NCBI GenBank assembly: GCA_037440005.1
Contig: JBBIUY010000011.1
Span: 11,738-75,737 of the forward strand
DNA length: 64,000 nt
DNA from: Armatimonadota bacterium
GTDB lineage: Bacteria > Sysuimicrobiota > Sysuimicrobiia > Sysuimicrobiales > Kaftiobacteriaceae
Reading direction: 5' to 3'
Below the pieces are notes generated by a model, which made no database searches, was not told the origin of the DNA, and saw only the letters and a list, made by a program, of their open reading frames with translations. Of this stretch, positions 26,627-37,339 are shown one piece after another. Each line of letters begins with the position of its first letter. The first letter of the stretch is position 1. The translations under genes were made by a program, and so were the position numbers.

Positions 26627-28738
26627 ATGACCACGCCGCGCCCTCCTGCCGCCACGCGGCCTGCCGTGCCCGCCTCGCCCCCGTCCGGGCTGGACGCGCC
26701 GGCCCAGTACATCACGGGGGTGGGTCCCGCCCGCGCCGCCCTGCTGGCGCGGCTGGGGCTGCACACGGTGCGGGACGTCCTCTTCCACCGCCCCCGGCGG
26801 TACGAGGACCGCAGCCGCCTGGCCCGCATCGCCGACCTGGTTCCCGGTCAGCGGCAGACCACCCAGGGGGTGGTGGTGGCGCTGAGCGAGAGGCGGCGCG
26901 GGACCTACCAGTTCATCGCCGCCCTCTCCGACGACACGGGGGTGTTGCGGGCCATCTGGTTCGGCCAGCGCTACCTGCGGCGGACGATCCGCCGGGGCAT
27001 GCGGCTGATCGTCTACGGCCGGGTGGAGCGGGCCGGCGGCCTGCAGATGGTGGTGGACGACTTCGAGGTGCTCACCGGGGGCGAGGAGGACACGCTGCAC
27101 ACCGGCCGGATCGTGCCCGTGCACCCCGCCACCGAGGGGCTCAGCCCGCGGGCCCTGCGGACGATCGTCGACCGCGCCCTGGCCCAGTACGGGGACCGGG
27201 TTCCGGAACTGCTGCCCCCCGACGTGCGCCGGCGGCACCGGCTGCCCGACCGCCGCTGGGCCCTGCGGTCGCTGCACTTTCCCGCGTCCCTGGCCGACGC
27301 CGAGGCGGCGCGGGCGCGGCTGGCCTTCGACGAGCTGCTGGTTCTGCAGGTGGGCGTCCTGATGCGGCGGCGGGCGCTGCGGGCGGAGGACAAGGGAGTG
27401 CGCTATCCCGACCCGCAGGCGCTGCTGGACCGCTTCCTGGCCGCGCTGCCCTTCCCACTGACCGGCGCCCAGCGCCGGGCCGTGGAGGAGATCGCTGCCG
27501 ACATGCGCCAGCCCGCGCCGATGAATCGGCTGCTGCAGGGCGATGTGGGGTCGGGCAAGACCGTTGTGGCCGCCGCGGCGTTGTGGCTGTGCGCGGCCGG
27601 AGGCTACCAGGGCGCCCTGATGGCGCCCACCGAGATCCTGGCAGAGCAGCACCACCGCACCCTGCGCACACTGCTGGACCCCCTGGGGGTCCGCGTGGTC
27701 CTGGTGACCGGCGGCGGGTCGGCCCGGGAGCGGGCGGCCGTGCGCGAGGCCCTGGCCTCGGGGGACGCCCAGGTGGCCGTGGGGACCCACGCGCTGCTGG
27801 AGGAGGGTGTGGTCTTCGCCCGCCTGGCTCTGGTGGTGGTGGACGAGCAGCACAAGTTCGGCGTGGCCCAGCGGGCGGCCCTGCGCCGGAAGGGGATGTC
27901 CCCGGACGTGCTGGTGATGACCGCCACCCCGATCCCGCGGACGCTGTCCCTGACCGTCTACGGAGACCTGGACGTCACGGTCCTGGACGAGCTCCCTCCC
28001 GGACGGGGGGACGTGCGCACCTACGTCCGCGGGCCGGACCGGCGGGCCCAGGTGTACGCCTGGGTGCGCGACCAGGTGCGGGCGGGACGGCAGGCGTACG
28101 TGGTCTGTCCCCTCATCGAGGAGTCCGACAGCCTGCAGGCCGAGGCGGCGGTGCGCCTGGCCGCCCGGCTGCAGGAGGAGGTGTTCAGGGACCAGCCGGT
28201 GGGCGTCCTCCACGGCCGGATGCGCGCCGATGACAAGGACGCGGTGATGGAGCGGTTCCGCCGGGGCGAGATCAAGGTGCTGGTGGCCACGCCGGTGATC
28301 GAGGTGGGGGTGGACGTGCCCCAGGCGACCATCATGGTGGTGGAGGACGCCGACCGCTTCGGGCTGGCCCAGCTGCACCAGCTGCGGGGCCGGGTGGGCC
28401 GGGGCGGGCAGACGTCTCACTGCATCCTGCTGGCCGGATCCCCGGTCGAGACGGCGGCGGCCCGCCTGCGGATCATGGAGCAGACCCGGGACGGTTTCGT
28501 GATCGCCCGGCGGGACCTGGAGCTGCGGGGCCCGGGGGAACTGCTGGGGACCCGGCAGCACGGCCTGCCCGACCTGGTGATGGCCGACCTGCTCACCGAC
28601 GACGACCTCCTGGAGGCGGCGCGCGCCGAGGCCCGGAGGATCCTGCAGGACGACCCCGACCTGCGGTCACCCGCGCATGCCGCCCTGCGCGAGCAGGTGG
28701 TCCGCACCGTCGCGGCGGCCCTGGCGGGGGCGGGGTAG
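26627..28738 (+). CDS. recG: ATP-dependent DNA helicase RecG
   Basis: RLLQGDVGSGKT, DEQHKFG, MTATPIPR, QLHQLRGRVGRG, RGPGE. Confidence 0.96.
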   Translation: MTTPRPPAATRPAVPASPPSGLDAPAQYITGVGPARAALLARLGLHTVRDVLFHRPRRYEDRSRLARIADLVPGQRQTTQGVVVALSERRRGTYQFIAALSDDTGVLRAIWFGQRYLRRTIRRGMRLIVYGRVERAGGLQMVVDDFEVLTGGEEDTLHTGRIVPVHPATEGLSPRALRTIVDRALAQYGDRVPELLPPDVRRRHRLPDRRWALRSLHFPASLADAEAARARLAFDELLVLQVGVLMRRRALRAEDKGVRYPDPQALLDRFLAALPFPLTGAQRRAVEEIAADMRQPAPMNRLLQGDVGSGKTVVAAAALWLCAAGGYQGALMAPTEILAEQHHRTLRTLLDPLGVRVVLVTGGGSARERAAVREALASGDAQVAVGTHALLEEGVVFARLALVVVDEQHKFGVAQRAALRRKGMSPDVLVMTATPIPRTLSLTVYGDLDVTVLDELPPGRGDVRTYVRGPDRRAQVYAWVRDQVRAGRQAYVVCPLIEESDSLQAEAAVRLAARLQEEVFRDQPVGVLHGRMRADDKDAVMERFRRGEIKVLVATPVIEVGVDVPQATIMVVEDADRFGLAQLHQLRGRVGRGGQTSHCILLAGSPVETAAARLRIMEQTRDGFVIARRDLELRGPGELLGTRQHGLPDLVMADLLTDDDLLEAARAEARRILQDDPDLRSPAHAALREQVVRTVAAALAGAG

Positions 28739-28742
28739 GGCC

Positions 28743-29333
28743 GTGGGCGCGCGCGGCGTGCCCTCCCGCAGCCGCACGAGGGGTCGGACGGGGCCGTCCT
28801 CCCTGCGGCCGACTCTGGCCCGGGTGCGGGAGGCGGTGTTCAACGCTCTGGCGCCGCGACTGGCCGGAGCCCGCGTCCTGGACCTGTACGCCGGCAGCGG
28901 GGCGGTGGGCCTGGGCGCCTTGGCCCGGGGTGCCGCCCGGGCAGTCCTGGTGGAGCGCGACCGTCATCTGGCGGCCCGGTTGCGCCGCCGGGTCCGCCAG
29001 GAGGGGTGGGACCGGCAGGCGCAGGTGTGGCAGCAGGACGCGCTGACCGCCGTCCGCCGCCTGGCAGCCCTGGGCGAGCGGTTCGACGTGGTGGTGATGG
29101 ACCCGCCCTACGGCCGCGGGCTGCTGCAGCAGACGCTGGACGCGGTGGCCGGGTCGGGCGTCCTGGCGCCCGGCGGCGTGGTGGTGGCCGAAGGACACTG
29201 GCGGGACCGGCCGGGGCCGGTGGAAGGTTTGCGGTGCACCCGGGAAGCCCGCTACGGGGAAACCCGGGTCTGGTACTTCCAGGCGGCGGAGGGGTCCGGC
29301 GATGACGGTGGCGGTGTATCCGGGCAGCTTTGA
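28743..29333 (+). CDS. rsmD: 16S rRNA m2G966 methyltransferase
   Basis: RPT..RVREAVFN, LDLYAGSG, DPPY; located between recG and coaD. Confidence 0.88.
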   Translation: MGARGVPSRSRTRGRTGPSSLRPTLARVREAVFNALAPRLAGARVLDLYAGSGAVGLGALARGAARAVLVERDRHLAARLRRRVRQEGWDRQAQVWQQDALTAVRRLAALGERFDVVVMDPPYGRGLLQQTLDAVAGSGVLAPGGVVVAEGHWRDRPGPVEGLRCTREARYGETRVWYFQAAEGSGDDGGGVSGQL

Positions 29334-29817
29334 CCCCGTCCACAACGGTCATCTGGACGTGATCGCCCGGGCGGCGCGGGTGTTCGAGCAGGTGGTGGTG
29401 GCCGTGGCCCGCGCCACCGACAAGATGGCGCTGTTCCCGGTGGCCGAACGCGTGGAGATGCTGCGGGCGGCCACCGCCCACCTGCCCAACGTCCGGGTGG
29501 ACAGCTTCGAGGGGCTGACGGTGGCCTTCGCCCGGTCGGTGGGCGCCGGGGTGCTGGTGAAGGGGCTGCGGGCGGTGGTGGACTTCGAGTACGAGCTCAA
29601 GCAGGCGGCCATGAACCAACGCCTGGCGCCGGAGCTGGACACGGTGTTCTTCATGACGGCTCCGCCGTATTACTTCCTCAGCTCCAGCCTGATCCGGGAG
29701 GTGGCGCGGCTGGGCGGGGACGTGCGCGGGCTCGTGCCCCCGGTGGTGGAGGAACGGCTGCGGGCCCGCCTGGGCTGCGGGGCCGGCGAGGGCTTATTGA
29801 AAGAGCCGGGCGGGTAG
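29302..29817 (+). CDS. coaD: Phosphopantetheine adenylyltransferase
   Basis: YPGSFDPVHNGH, KGLR..DFEYE, SSS. Confidence 0.96.
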   Translation: MTVAVYPGSFDPVHNGHLDVIARAARVFEQVVVAVARATDKMALFPVAERVEMLRAATAHLPNVRVDSFEGLTVAFARSVGAGVLVKGLRAVVDFEYELKQAAMNQRLAPELDTVFFMTAPPYYFLSSSLIREVARLGGDVRGLVPPVVEERLRARLGCGAGEGLLKEPGG

Positions 29818-29826
29818 GCCTATACT
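29797..29826 (+). promoter_or_regulatory. Sigma70-type promoter of yceD-rpmF-plsX-fab
   Basis: TTGAAA-18-TATACT. Confidence 0.55.
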
Positions 29827-29871
29827 TCAGAGAGTCTTCGTCCCGCCCCGGCGGAGGCGGGACCCGAGGGC

Positions 29872-30348
29872 ATGCGCGTCGACGTCGCGGGGCTGGAAAG
29901 AGGGCAGGTCCTGCAGGCGCCGTTCCACGAAAGGGTGGACAGCCGCGCCGACGACGTGGTGTTCGACGCCCCCGTGGTGGGGCGGGTGGAGGTGGAGCGG
30001 ACCTCCCGGACGGTGCGCCTGCGGGGAACGGTGAGCACCACCACCCCGCTGGTGTGCGGCCGGTGCCTGGAGGGCTTCCGGCACGACCTCACGGTGGCGG
30101 TGGACGAGGAGTTCCTCATCGGGGCGACCGCCCGCGTCGGCGGGGAGCTGGGTCCGAAGGACTTCCAGTTTCCCCTGGGGCCGGACCTGGTCCTGGACGT
30201 CACCGAGGTGGTCCGCCAGCACCTGCTGCTGGCCCTGCCGATGGTGCCGGTGTGCCGCCCCGACTGCCAGGGGCTGTGTCCGCGCTGCGGAGCCAACCGC
30301 AACCAGGGGCCCTGCGGGTGCCCGCGGGAGGAGGACGGCGCGGCCTGA
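29872..30348 (+). CDS. yceD: DUF177/YceD family protein
   Basis: CGRCL, CRPDCQGLCPRCG; upstream of rpmF. Confidence 0.9.
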   Translation: MRVDVAGLERGQVLQAPFHERVDSRADDVVFDAPVVGRVEVERTSRTVRLRGTVSTTTPLVCGRCLEGFRHDLTVAVDEEFLIGATARVGGELGPKDFQFPLGPDLVLDVTEVVRQHLLLALPMVPVCRPDCQGLCPRCGANRNQGPCGCPREEDGAA

Positions 30349-30391
30349 GGCGCCGCGGAGCGGCCGCCTCCGGGCGAAAGGAGGGAGAGCG

Positions 30392-30583
30392 GTGGGGATT
30401 CAGAAACGGCGCCGGTCCCGGATGCACGGGCGGCAGCGCCGGGCGCACTGGAAGGTGCCGGCCCTCGGCCTGGTGCCGTGTCCCAAGTGCCACGAGCCGA
30501 TGCGCCCGCACCGGGTGTGCCCGTCCTGCGGCACCTACGCCGGCCGGCAGGTCCTCCCGGCCAGGGAAGCGGAGGCGGAGTAG
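30392..30583 (+). CDS. rpmF: 50S ribosomal protein L32
   Basis: KRRRS...RRAH, CPKC..PHRVCPSCG.Y. Confidence 0.95.
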   Translation: MGIQKRRRSRMHGRQRRAHWKVPALGLVPCPKCHEPMRPHRVCPSCGTYAGRQVLPAREAEAE

Positions 30584-30584
30584 G

Positions 30585-31664
30585 GTGCAGCCGCCGGTCG
30601 GATCCGGCTCGCCCGTGCGGATCGCCGTGGACGCCATGGGCGGAGACCACGCCCCCGCCGCGGTGGTGGCGGGGGCGGTGGCGGCCTGCCGCGACCTGCA
30701 GGTGGAGGTGGCGCTGGTGGGGCCCCAGGCGGTGGTGGAGGCCGAGCTCGCCCGCCACCGGCCCCTCCCGCCCGGGGTGCGTGTGGTGGACGCCCCCGAG
30801 GTGGTGGAGATGCACGAGTCCCCGGCGATGGCCATCCGGCGCAAGCGGCGGTCGTCCATCGTCGTGGCCGTGGAGCAGGTGCGGGAGGGGTACGCCGACG
30901 GGATGGTCAGCGCCGGCCACACCGGGGCGGTGATGGGCGCGGCGCTGCTGCGGCTGGGGCGGGTGCCGGGAGTGGACCGGCCGGCCATCGCCGCCGTCCT
31001 GCCCACCCTGGCCGCGCACCCGGTGGTCCTGCTGGACGTGGGCGCCAACGTGGACTGCCGGCCGCAGCACCTGGTGCAGTTCGCCCTCATGGGCAGCGTG
31101 TACGCCCGGCAGGTGCTGGGGATCGCCGACCCGCGGGTGGGCGTGCTGAGCAACGGCGCCGAGGAGAGCAAGGGCTCGGAGCTGACCCTGCGGACCGCGG
31201 CCCTGCTGCGGACGTCGGGGCTGCCCTTTGTGGGCAACGTGGAGGCGCGCGACGTCTTCTCGGGCGCGGCCCACGTGGTGGTCTGCGACGGCTTCGTGGG
31301 CAACGTGGCCCTGAAGTTCGGGGAAGGCCTGGCCCTGGCCATCCGGGACATCGTCAAGGGCGAGCTGCGCGGCCTGCGCGGTGCCCTGCTGCGGGCCTAC
31401 CTGGCGCCGCTGGCGGGACGGGTGCGGCGCATGTACCGGCGCATCGACTACCGGGAGTACGGAGGGGCGCCGCTGCTGGGCATCGCCGGCGTGTGCATCG
31501 TCGCCCACGGCAGCAGCAACGCCCGGGCCATCCGCAACGCCATCCGGGTGGCGGCGGAGGCGGTGAGGACGCGGCTCACCGACGTCCTGCAGGCCCAGCT
31601 GCCCCGGTTGCTGGCGCCGGTGTCCTCTCCGGGCGGAGACGGCGCCCCCTCGACCGAACCCTAG
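30585..31664 (+). CDS. plsX: Phosphate acyltransferase PlsX
   Basis: AVDAMGGD.AP, SAGHTG, LDVGAN, DGFVGN, GGAPLLG, HGSS. Confidence 0.95.
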   Translation: MQPPVGSGSPVRIAVDAMGGDHAPAAVVAGAVAACRDLQVEVALVGPQAVVEAELARHRPLPPGVRVVDAPEVVEMHESPAMAIRRKRRSSIVVAVEQVREGYADGMVSAGHTGAVMGAALLRLGRVPGVDRPAIAAVLPTLAAHPVVLLDVGANVDCRPQHLVQFALMGSVYARQVLGIADPRVGVLSNGAEESKGSELTLRTAALLRTSGLPFVGNVEARDVFSGAAHVVVCDGFVGNVALKFGEGLALAIRDIVKGELRGLRGALLRAYLAPLAGRVRRMYRRIDYREYGGAPLLGIAGVCIVAHGSSNARAIRNAIRVAAEAVRTRLTDVLQAQLPRLLAPVSSPGGDGAPSTEP

Positions 31665-31674
31665 GAGGCGCGCC

Positions 31675-32676
31675 ATGCGCGGATCGACCATTACCGGCAT
31701 CGGCCGCTACGTCCCCGCCCGGGTCCTGACCAACCGGGACCTGGAGGCGATGGTGGACACCACCGACGAGTGGATCGTCACCCGCACCGGCATCCGGGAG
31801 CGCCGCATCGCCGCCCCCGAGGAAGCCACCTCCGACCTGGCCCTGGAGGCGTCCCGGGAGGCCCTCGAGGCGGCGGGGGTGGAGCCCGAGCGGGTGGACC
31901 TGATCATCGTCGGCACCGCCACCCCGGACATGCTCTTCCCCGCCACCGCCTGCATCCTCCAGGACCGGCTGGGGGCCCGCCGGGCTGGCGCCTTCGACCT
32001 GTCGGCGGCCTGCAGCAGCTGGGTGTACGCGGCCGCGGTGGCCCATGGCTACATCGCCAGCGGGCTGGCCGAGACGGTGCTGGTGGTGGGGTCGGAGACG
32101 CTGTCCAAGATCACCAACTGGAAGGACCGGAACACCTGCGTGCTGTTCGGCGACTCGGCGGGGGCGGTGGTGATGCAGCCCTGCCCGCCGGGGGAGGGGT
32201 TCTTGTCCTTCTACCTGGGCGCCGACGGCTCGGGGGGGTCGCTGATCCAGCTGCCGGCCGGCGGGTCCCGCATCCCCGCCAGCTTTGACTCGGTGGAGCG
32301 CAACCTGCACTACCTGCAGATGAACGGCCGCGAGGTGTTCAAGTTTGCGGTGCGCTGCATCCCCCGGGCGATCGAGGAGGCGGTGCGGCGGGCCGGGGTG
32401 GGGCTGGACGACGTGCGGTGGTTCATTCCCCACCAGGCCAACATCCGCATCATCGACGCCGCCGCCGAGCGGTTGGGCCAGCCCCGGGAGAAGTTCTTCG
32501 TCAACGTGGACCGCTACGGCAACACCTCGTCGGCCTCGGTGCCGGTAGCCCTCTACGAGGCGGTGCAGGAGGGGAGGATCCGTCCCGGCGACCTGGCGGT
32601 CCTGGTCGCCTTCGGGGGCGGGCTCACCTGGGCCTCCTGCGCCCTGCGCTGGACGATGGGGGCGCCCCGCAGGTAG
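31675..32676 (+). CDS. fabH: 3-oxoacyl-ACP synthase III
   Basis: AACS, PHQAN, YGNTSSAS, FGGG. Confidence 0.96.
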   Translation: MRGSTITGIGRYVPARVLTNRDLEAMVDTTDEWIVTRTGIRERRIAAPEEATSDLALEASREALEAAGVEPERVDLIIVGTATPDMLFPATACILQDRLGARRAGAFDLSAACSSWVYAAAVAHGYIASGLAETVLVVGSETLSKITNWKDRNTCVLFGDSAGAVVMQPCPPGEGFLSFYLGADGSGGSLIQLPAGGSRIPASFDSVERNLHYLQMNGREVFKFAVRCIPRAIEEAVRRAGVGLDDVRWFIPHQANIRIIDAAAERLGQPREKFFVNVDRYGNTSSASVPVALYEAVQEGRIRPGDLAVLVAFGGGLTWASCALRWTMGAPRR

Positions 32677-32696
32677 CCGGGGGATCCGGGTCGCCG

Positions 32697-33656
32697 ATGC
32701 TCGCCTTCGTCTTCCCCGGCCAGGGCGCCCAGTACAGCGGCATGGGCCGGGCGATGGCCGACGCCTACCCCGAAGCCCGCGAGGTGTTCGCCCGGGCCGA
32801 CGCCGTCCTGGACTTCCCCCTCTCCCGGCTGTGCTGGGAGGGACCGGAGGAGGATCTCGCCCTGACCGCCAACACCCAACCGGCGATCCTGGCCACCAGC
32901 CTGGCGTGCCTGGCCGTCCTGCAGGCCCGGGGGGTGAGCCCCCAGATGGCGGCCGGCCTCAGCCTGGGCGAGTACACCGCCCTGGTGTGCGCCGGCGCCC
33001 TGGACCCCGCCGACGCCCTGCGGGTGGTCCGCCAGCGGGGAGTGATCATGCAGGAGGCCGCCGCCGGCCGGCGGACGGCGATGGCCGCCATCCTGGGGCT
33101 GGACGCCGCCGTGGTGGAGCGGGTGTGCGCCGAGGCGGCGGCGCGGGGCGTGGTGGAGCCCTCCAACTTCAACGGCCCCGGCCAGGTGGTCATCGCCGGC
33201 GACGAGGAGGCGGTGGAGGACGGGATCGCCCGGGCGCTGGCGGCCGGCGCCCGGCGGGCGGTGCGGCTGGCGGTCAGCGCGCCGTTCCACACCAGCCTGA
33301 TGCGGCCGGCGGCCCGCCGGCTGGCCGAGGTCCTGGCGGGCGTCCCGCTGCAGGACGCCCGCATTCCGGTGGTGAGCAACGTGACCGCGTCCCCGGTGCA
33401 GCGGGCCGACGACATCCGCCGGCTGCTGGTGGAGCAGGTCGCCTCGCCGGTGCGGTGGGAGATGTCGGTGCACGCCATGGCCCGCAGCGGGGTGACCACG
33501 TTCGTGGAGGTCGGCCCGGGCTCGACCCTGTCGGGGACCGTGCGCAAGACGGTCCCCGGGGCCCGGGTCCTGCGCGTGGAGGATCCCCAGACCCTGGACC
33601 AGACCCTGCGGGCGCTGGCGCAGGCGCCGGCGGGTCCGGGAGGGGCCCATGGGTAG
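32697..33656 (+). CDS. fabD: Malonyl-CoA:ACP transacylase
   Basis: FPGQG.Q, GLSLGEY, SAPFH. Confidence 0.95.
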   Translation: MLAFVFPGQGAQYSGMGRAMADAYPEAREVFARADAVLDFPLSRLCWEGPEEDLALTANTQPAILATSLACLAVLQARGVSPQMAAGLSLGEYTALVCAGALDPADALRVVRQRGVIMQEAAAGRRTAMAAILGLDAAVVERVCAEAAARGVVEPSNFNGPGQVVIAGDEEAVEDGIARALAAGARRAVRLAVSAPFHTSLMRPAARRLAEVLAGVPLQDARIPVVSNVTASPVQRADDIRRLLVEQVASPVRWEMSVHAMARSGVTTFVEVGPGSTLSGTVRKTVPGARVLRVEDPQTLDQTLRALAQAPAGPGGAHG

Positions 33657-34398
33657 GCTGGACGGCCGGGTGGCGATCGTGACCGGCGCGTCGGGGGGGA
33701 TCGGGCGGGCCATCGCCCTGGGGCTGGCCGCCGAGGGCGCGGCGGTGGTGGTGCACTACGCCACCCGCCGCGAGAGCGCCGAGGCGGTGCGGGAGGCGAT
33801 CACCTCGCGGGGCGGGCGCGCCGCGGTGGTCCAGGCGGACCTGAGCACGCCCGGAGGCGCCCGGGCCCTGGTGGCCGCGGCCCTGCAGGCGTTTGGCCGG
33901 GTGGACATCCTGGTCAACAACGCCGGCGCCCTGCGGGACACCCTGGTCCTGCGGATGAGCGAGGACGACTGGCGCGCCGTCCTGGACGTCAACCTCACCA
34001 GCGCGTTCTTCTGCACCAAGGCGGTCCTGCGGGAGTTCGTCCGCCAGCACAGCGGACGGATCATCAACATCGCCTCGGTGGTGGCCGAGGTGGGCAATCC
34101 CGGCCAGGCCAACTACGTGGCCGCCAAGGCCGGCCTCATCGGCCTGACCAAGGCGGTGGCCCGGGAGGTGGCGTCCCGGGGGATCACGGTCAACGTCGTG
34201 GCGCCCGGCTACATCCAGGCGGGGATGACCGAGTCCCTGCGGGAGGAGCAGATGGCGGCCCTGCTGGAGCAGGTTCCCCTGGGCAGGGCAGGGAAACCTG
34301 AGGAAGTGGCCGCGGCGGTGGTCTTTTTGGCCTCGGACGACGCCGCGTACATCACCGGCCAGGTCCTCAACGTGGACGGGGGGCTGGTGATGCGGTGA
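33649..34398 (+). CDS. fabG: 3-oxoacyl-ACP reductase
   Basis: TGASGGIG, NNAG, NYVAAK, VDGG. Confidence 0.95.
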   Translation: MGRLDGRVAIVTGASGGIGRAIALGLAAEGAAVVVHYATRRESAEAVREAITSRGGRAAVVQADLSTPGGARALVAAALQAFGRVDILVNNAGALRDTLVLRMSEDDWRAVLDVNLTSAFFCTKAVLREFVRQHSGRIINIASVVAEVGNPGQANYVAAKAGLIGLTKAVAREVASRGITVNVVAPGYIQAGMTESLREEQMAALLEQVPLGRAGKPEEVAAAVVFLASDDAAYITGQVLNVDGGLVMR

Positions 34399-34461
34399 CC
34401 CGGGCCCGGGGGTAGCGGCGAGACCCGGGGCGGGTACACTAGGATGGGGGTGGGACATCCG

Positions 34462-34713
34462 ATGGCGACGGTGTTTGAGCGCGTGAAGAACATCGTGGTG
34501 GAGCAGCTGGGGGTGTCGGCCGACGAGGTGTCCCCCGAGTCGTCCTTCGTGGACGACCTGGGGGCGGACTCTCTGGACGTGGTGGAACTGGTCATGGCCC
34601 TGGAGGAGGAGTTCGGGGTGGAGATCCCCGACGAGGCCGCCGAGAAGATCGCCACCGTGGGGGAGGCCGTCAAGTACATCGAGGCCCACCTGAGCGAGCA
34701 CGCCACCGAGTAG
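34462..34713 (+). CDS. acpP: Acyl carrier protein
   Basis: [20 protein letters not shown]. Confidence 0.97.
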   Translation: MATVFERVKNIVVEQLGVSADEVSPESSFVDDLGADSLDVVELVMALEEEFGVEIPDEAAEKIATVGEAVKYIEAHLSEHATE

Positions 34714-34738
34714 GCGGACGGAGGACGGCGACGCGGCG

Positions 34739-35986
34739 ATGACCCGGCGGCGGGTCGTGGTGACCGGAGTGGGGGTGGTGACCCCCATCGGCATCGGCAA
34801 GGACGCCTTCTGGGCGTCCCTGGTGGCGGGGCGCAGCGGCGTGCGCCGGATCCAGCGGTTCGACCCCTCCCAGTTCGACACCCAGATCGCCGCCGAGGTC
34901 CTGGACTTCGACCCCACCGCCTTCATGGACCGCAAGGACGTCCGCCGCAACGACCGGTTCGTGCAGTTCGCCTACGCGGCGGCGCGGATGGCGCTGGACG
35001 ACGCCGGCTTCGCCATCACCCCCCACAACGCCAGCCGGGTGGGCGTGCTCATCGGGTCGGGGATCGGCGGGGCGGAGACCTGGGAGACCCAGCATCAGAC
35101 CCTGCTGGAGCGCGGCCCCGGCCGGGTGAGCCCGTTTTTCATCCCCATGATCATCATCAACATGGCCTCGGGGATCGTCAGCATCCTCACCGGCGCCCGG
35201 GGCCCCAACAGCGCGGTGGTCACCGCCTGCGCCACCGGCGGCCACGCCATCGGTGACGCCATGCGCATTATCCAGCGGGGAGAGGCCACGGCGATGCTGG
35301 CCGGGGGCACCGAGGCGGCCATCACCCCCCTCAGCGTGGCCGGCTTCTGCTCCATGAAGGCGATGTCCACCCGCAACCACGAGCCCGAGAAAGCCTGCCG
35401 CCCCTTCGACGCCGGCCGCGACGGCTTCGTGATGGGGGAGGGGGCGGGGGTGGTCCTGCTGGAGGACCTGGAGCACGCCCTGCGGCGGGAGGCCCACATC
35501 TACTGCGAGCTGGTGGGCTACGGGATGAGCGCCGACGCCTACCACATCACCCAGCCCGACCCCGAGGCCGACGGCGCGGCCCGCAGCATGGCCAACGCCC
35601 TGCAGGACGCCGGGGTGGATCCCGCGGAGGTGGACTACATCAACGCCCACGGCACCAGCACGCCCTACAACGACCGGACCGAGACCCTGGCCATCAAGCG
35701 GGTGCTGGGCCCCCACGCCCGGCGGGTGGCGGTGAGCTCCACCAAGTCCATGACCGGCCACCTGCTGGGCGCCGCGGGAGGGGTGGAGCTGATCGCCTGC
35801 GCCCTGGCCATCGAGCACCAGGTCCTGCCGCCCACCATCAACTACGAGGTCCCCGATCCCGACTGCGACCTGGACTACGTGCCCAACCACGCGCGGCCCG
35901 CGGAGGTGCGCACCGCGCTGTCCAACGCCTTCGGGTTCGGCGGGCACAACGCCACCCTGGTGGTCCGCCGGTATGACGGGCGCTGA
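34739..35986 (+). CDS. fabF: 3-oxoacyl-ACP synthase II
   Basis: [26 protein letters not shown]. Confidence 0.96.
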   Translation: MTRRRVVVTGVGVVTPIGIGKDAFWASLVAGRSGVRRIQRFDPSQFDTQIAAEVLDFDPTAFMDRKDVRRNDRFVQFAYAAARMALDDAGFAITPHNASRVGVLIGSGIGGAETWETQHQTLLERGPGRVSPFFIPMIIINMASGIVSILTGARGPNSAVVTACATGGHAIGDAMRIIQRGEATAMLAGGTEAAITPLSVAGFCSMKAMSTRNHEPEKACRPFDAGRDGFVMGEGAGVVLLEDLEHALRREAHIYCELVGYGMSADAYHITQPDPEADGAARSMANALQDAGVDPAEVDYINAHGTSTPYNDRTETLAIKRVLGPHARRVAVSSTKSMTGHLLGAAGGVELIACALAIEHQVLPPTINYEVPDPDCDLDYVPNHARPAEVRTALSNAFGFGGHNATLVVRRYDGR

Positions 35987-36833
35987 ACCCACGGCCGCGC
36001 CGGCTCCCCCCGCCCTCGCCCCCGACCGGGACGCTCAGCTGGCCGAGCTGGAAGCCCGGCTGGACGTGCGCTTTCGGGACCGCCGGCTGCTGGACCTGGC
36101 CCTGCGCCACGGGTCCTACGCTCCGCCGGTGCCGGGCGAACCCCGGCAGAGCTACGAGCGGCTGGAGCTGCTCGGCGACGCGGTCCTCAGCCTGGTGGTG
36201 TGCGACCACCTCTACCACCGGTACCCGGAGGCCACCGAGGGGGACCTGGCCAAGCTGCGCGCCCGCATCGTCAGCGAGCCATGGCTGGCCCGCATCGCCG
36301 GCTCTTTGGACCTGGGCCGCTACATCCTGCTGGGCAAGGGCGAGGAGAAGGCCGGCGGGCGCTCCCGGCCGGCCCTGCTGGCCGACGTGCTGGAGGCGGT
36401 GCTGGGCGCGGTGTACGTGGACTCGGGGTACGGGGTGGCCCACGCGGTGGCCACCCGGCTGCTGCAGGACGCCTTCGACGCCCTGGAGGAACCCAGCGAG
36501 GACTACAAGAGCGAGCTGCAGGAGTGGCTGCAGCGGCGCGAGCGCCGCGTCCCCCGCTACCGCATCCGCGGCCAGGAGGGCCCCGACCACGCCCGGGTCT
36601 TCGTGGCCACGGTGGAGGCCGGGGGCCAGATCCTGGGCGAGGGGCGGGGCCCCAGCAAGAAGCAGGCCGAGCAGGCGGCGGCCCGGGACGCCCTGCGCCG
36701 CCTTCTGCACCGGGAGGGGGCGCCCCGTCCCGCCGGGGAGCCGGTTCCCGCCGCCTCCGCCGGCCCCGCGGCGGGGGCGACGGCCGGCCGGAGGCGCGGC
36801 CGGCGGCGCCGGCACGGGCGGGGAACGCGATGA
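35973..36833 (+). CDS. rnc: Ribonuclease III
   Basis: [11 protein letters not shown] signature; dsRBD ([19 protein letters not shown]). Confidence 0.95.
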   Translation: MTGAEPTAAPAPPALAPDRDAQLAELEARLDVRFRDRRLLDLALRHGSYAPPVPGEPRQSYERLELLGDAVLSLVVCDHLYHRYPEATEGDLAKLRARIVSEPWLARIAGSLDLGRYILLGKGEEKAGGRSRPALLADVLEAVLGAVYVDSGYGVAHAVATRLLQDAFDALEEPSEDYKSELQEWLQRRERRVPRYRIRGQEGPDHARVFVATVEAGGQILGEGRGPSKKQAEQAAARDALRRLLHREGAPRPAGEPVPAASAGPAAGATAGRRRGRRRRHGRGTR

Positions 36834-37339
36834 AGCAGCTGTGGGCCCCCTGGCGGCTGCAGTACGTCCGGCAGGGGACGTCGGGGGAATGCATCTTCTG
36901 CGCCGCGGCCGGTGGTGGCGACGACCACGCCGCGCTGGTGGTGGCCCGGGGGAGCCGGTGCTTTGTGCTGTTGAACCGGTTTCCCTACAACAGCGGGCAC
37001 ATGATGGTGGTGCCGTACCGCCACTGCAGCCGGCTGGCCGACCTGGACGACGGGGAGGCGGCGGACCTGATGCGCTACACCGACTACAGCGTGCGGGCCG
37101 CCGAGCGCGCCCTCAGGCCCGATGGGTTCAACATCGGCGTGAACCTGGGCCGGGCCGCGGGGGCGGGAATCGCCGACCACCTGCACGTGCACGTGGTGCC
37201 CCGCTGGGTGGGCGACACCAACTTCATGCCCGTCCTGGGCGACGTGAAGGTGATTCCCGAGCACCTGGAGCAGACCCGGCGCACCCTGGCGGAGGCCTTC
37301 GCGGCCGTGCTGCACGAGGCCGGGGAGGGCGGCCGGTGA
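36830..37339 (+). CDS. HIT family hydrolase (Ap4A phosphorylase-like)
   Basis: LWAPWR, CIFC, PYNSGH, HLHVH. Confidence 0.9.
   Translation: MKQLWAPWRLQYVRQGTSGECIFCAAAGGGDDHAALVVARGSRCFVLLNRFPYNSGHMMVVPYRHCSRLADLDDGEAADLMRYTDYSVRAAERALRPDGFNIGVNLGRAAGAGIADHLHVHVVPRWVGDTNFMPVLGDVKVIPEHLEQTRRTLAEAFAAVLHEAGEGGR

Noticed and set aside
28743..28810. rsmD lacks the usual MRIIAG N-terminus, possible pseudogene
   Set aside because: The frame is open and the SAM-binding and DPPY motifs are intact
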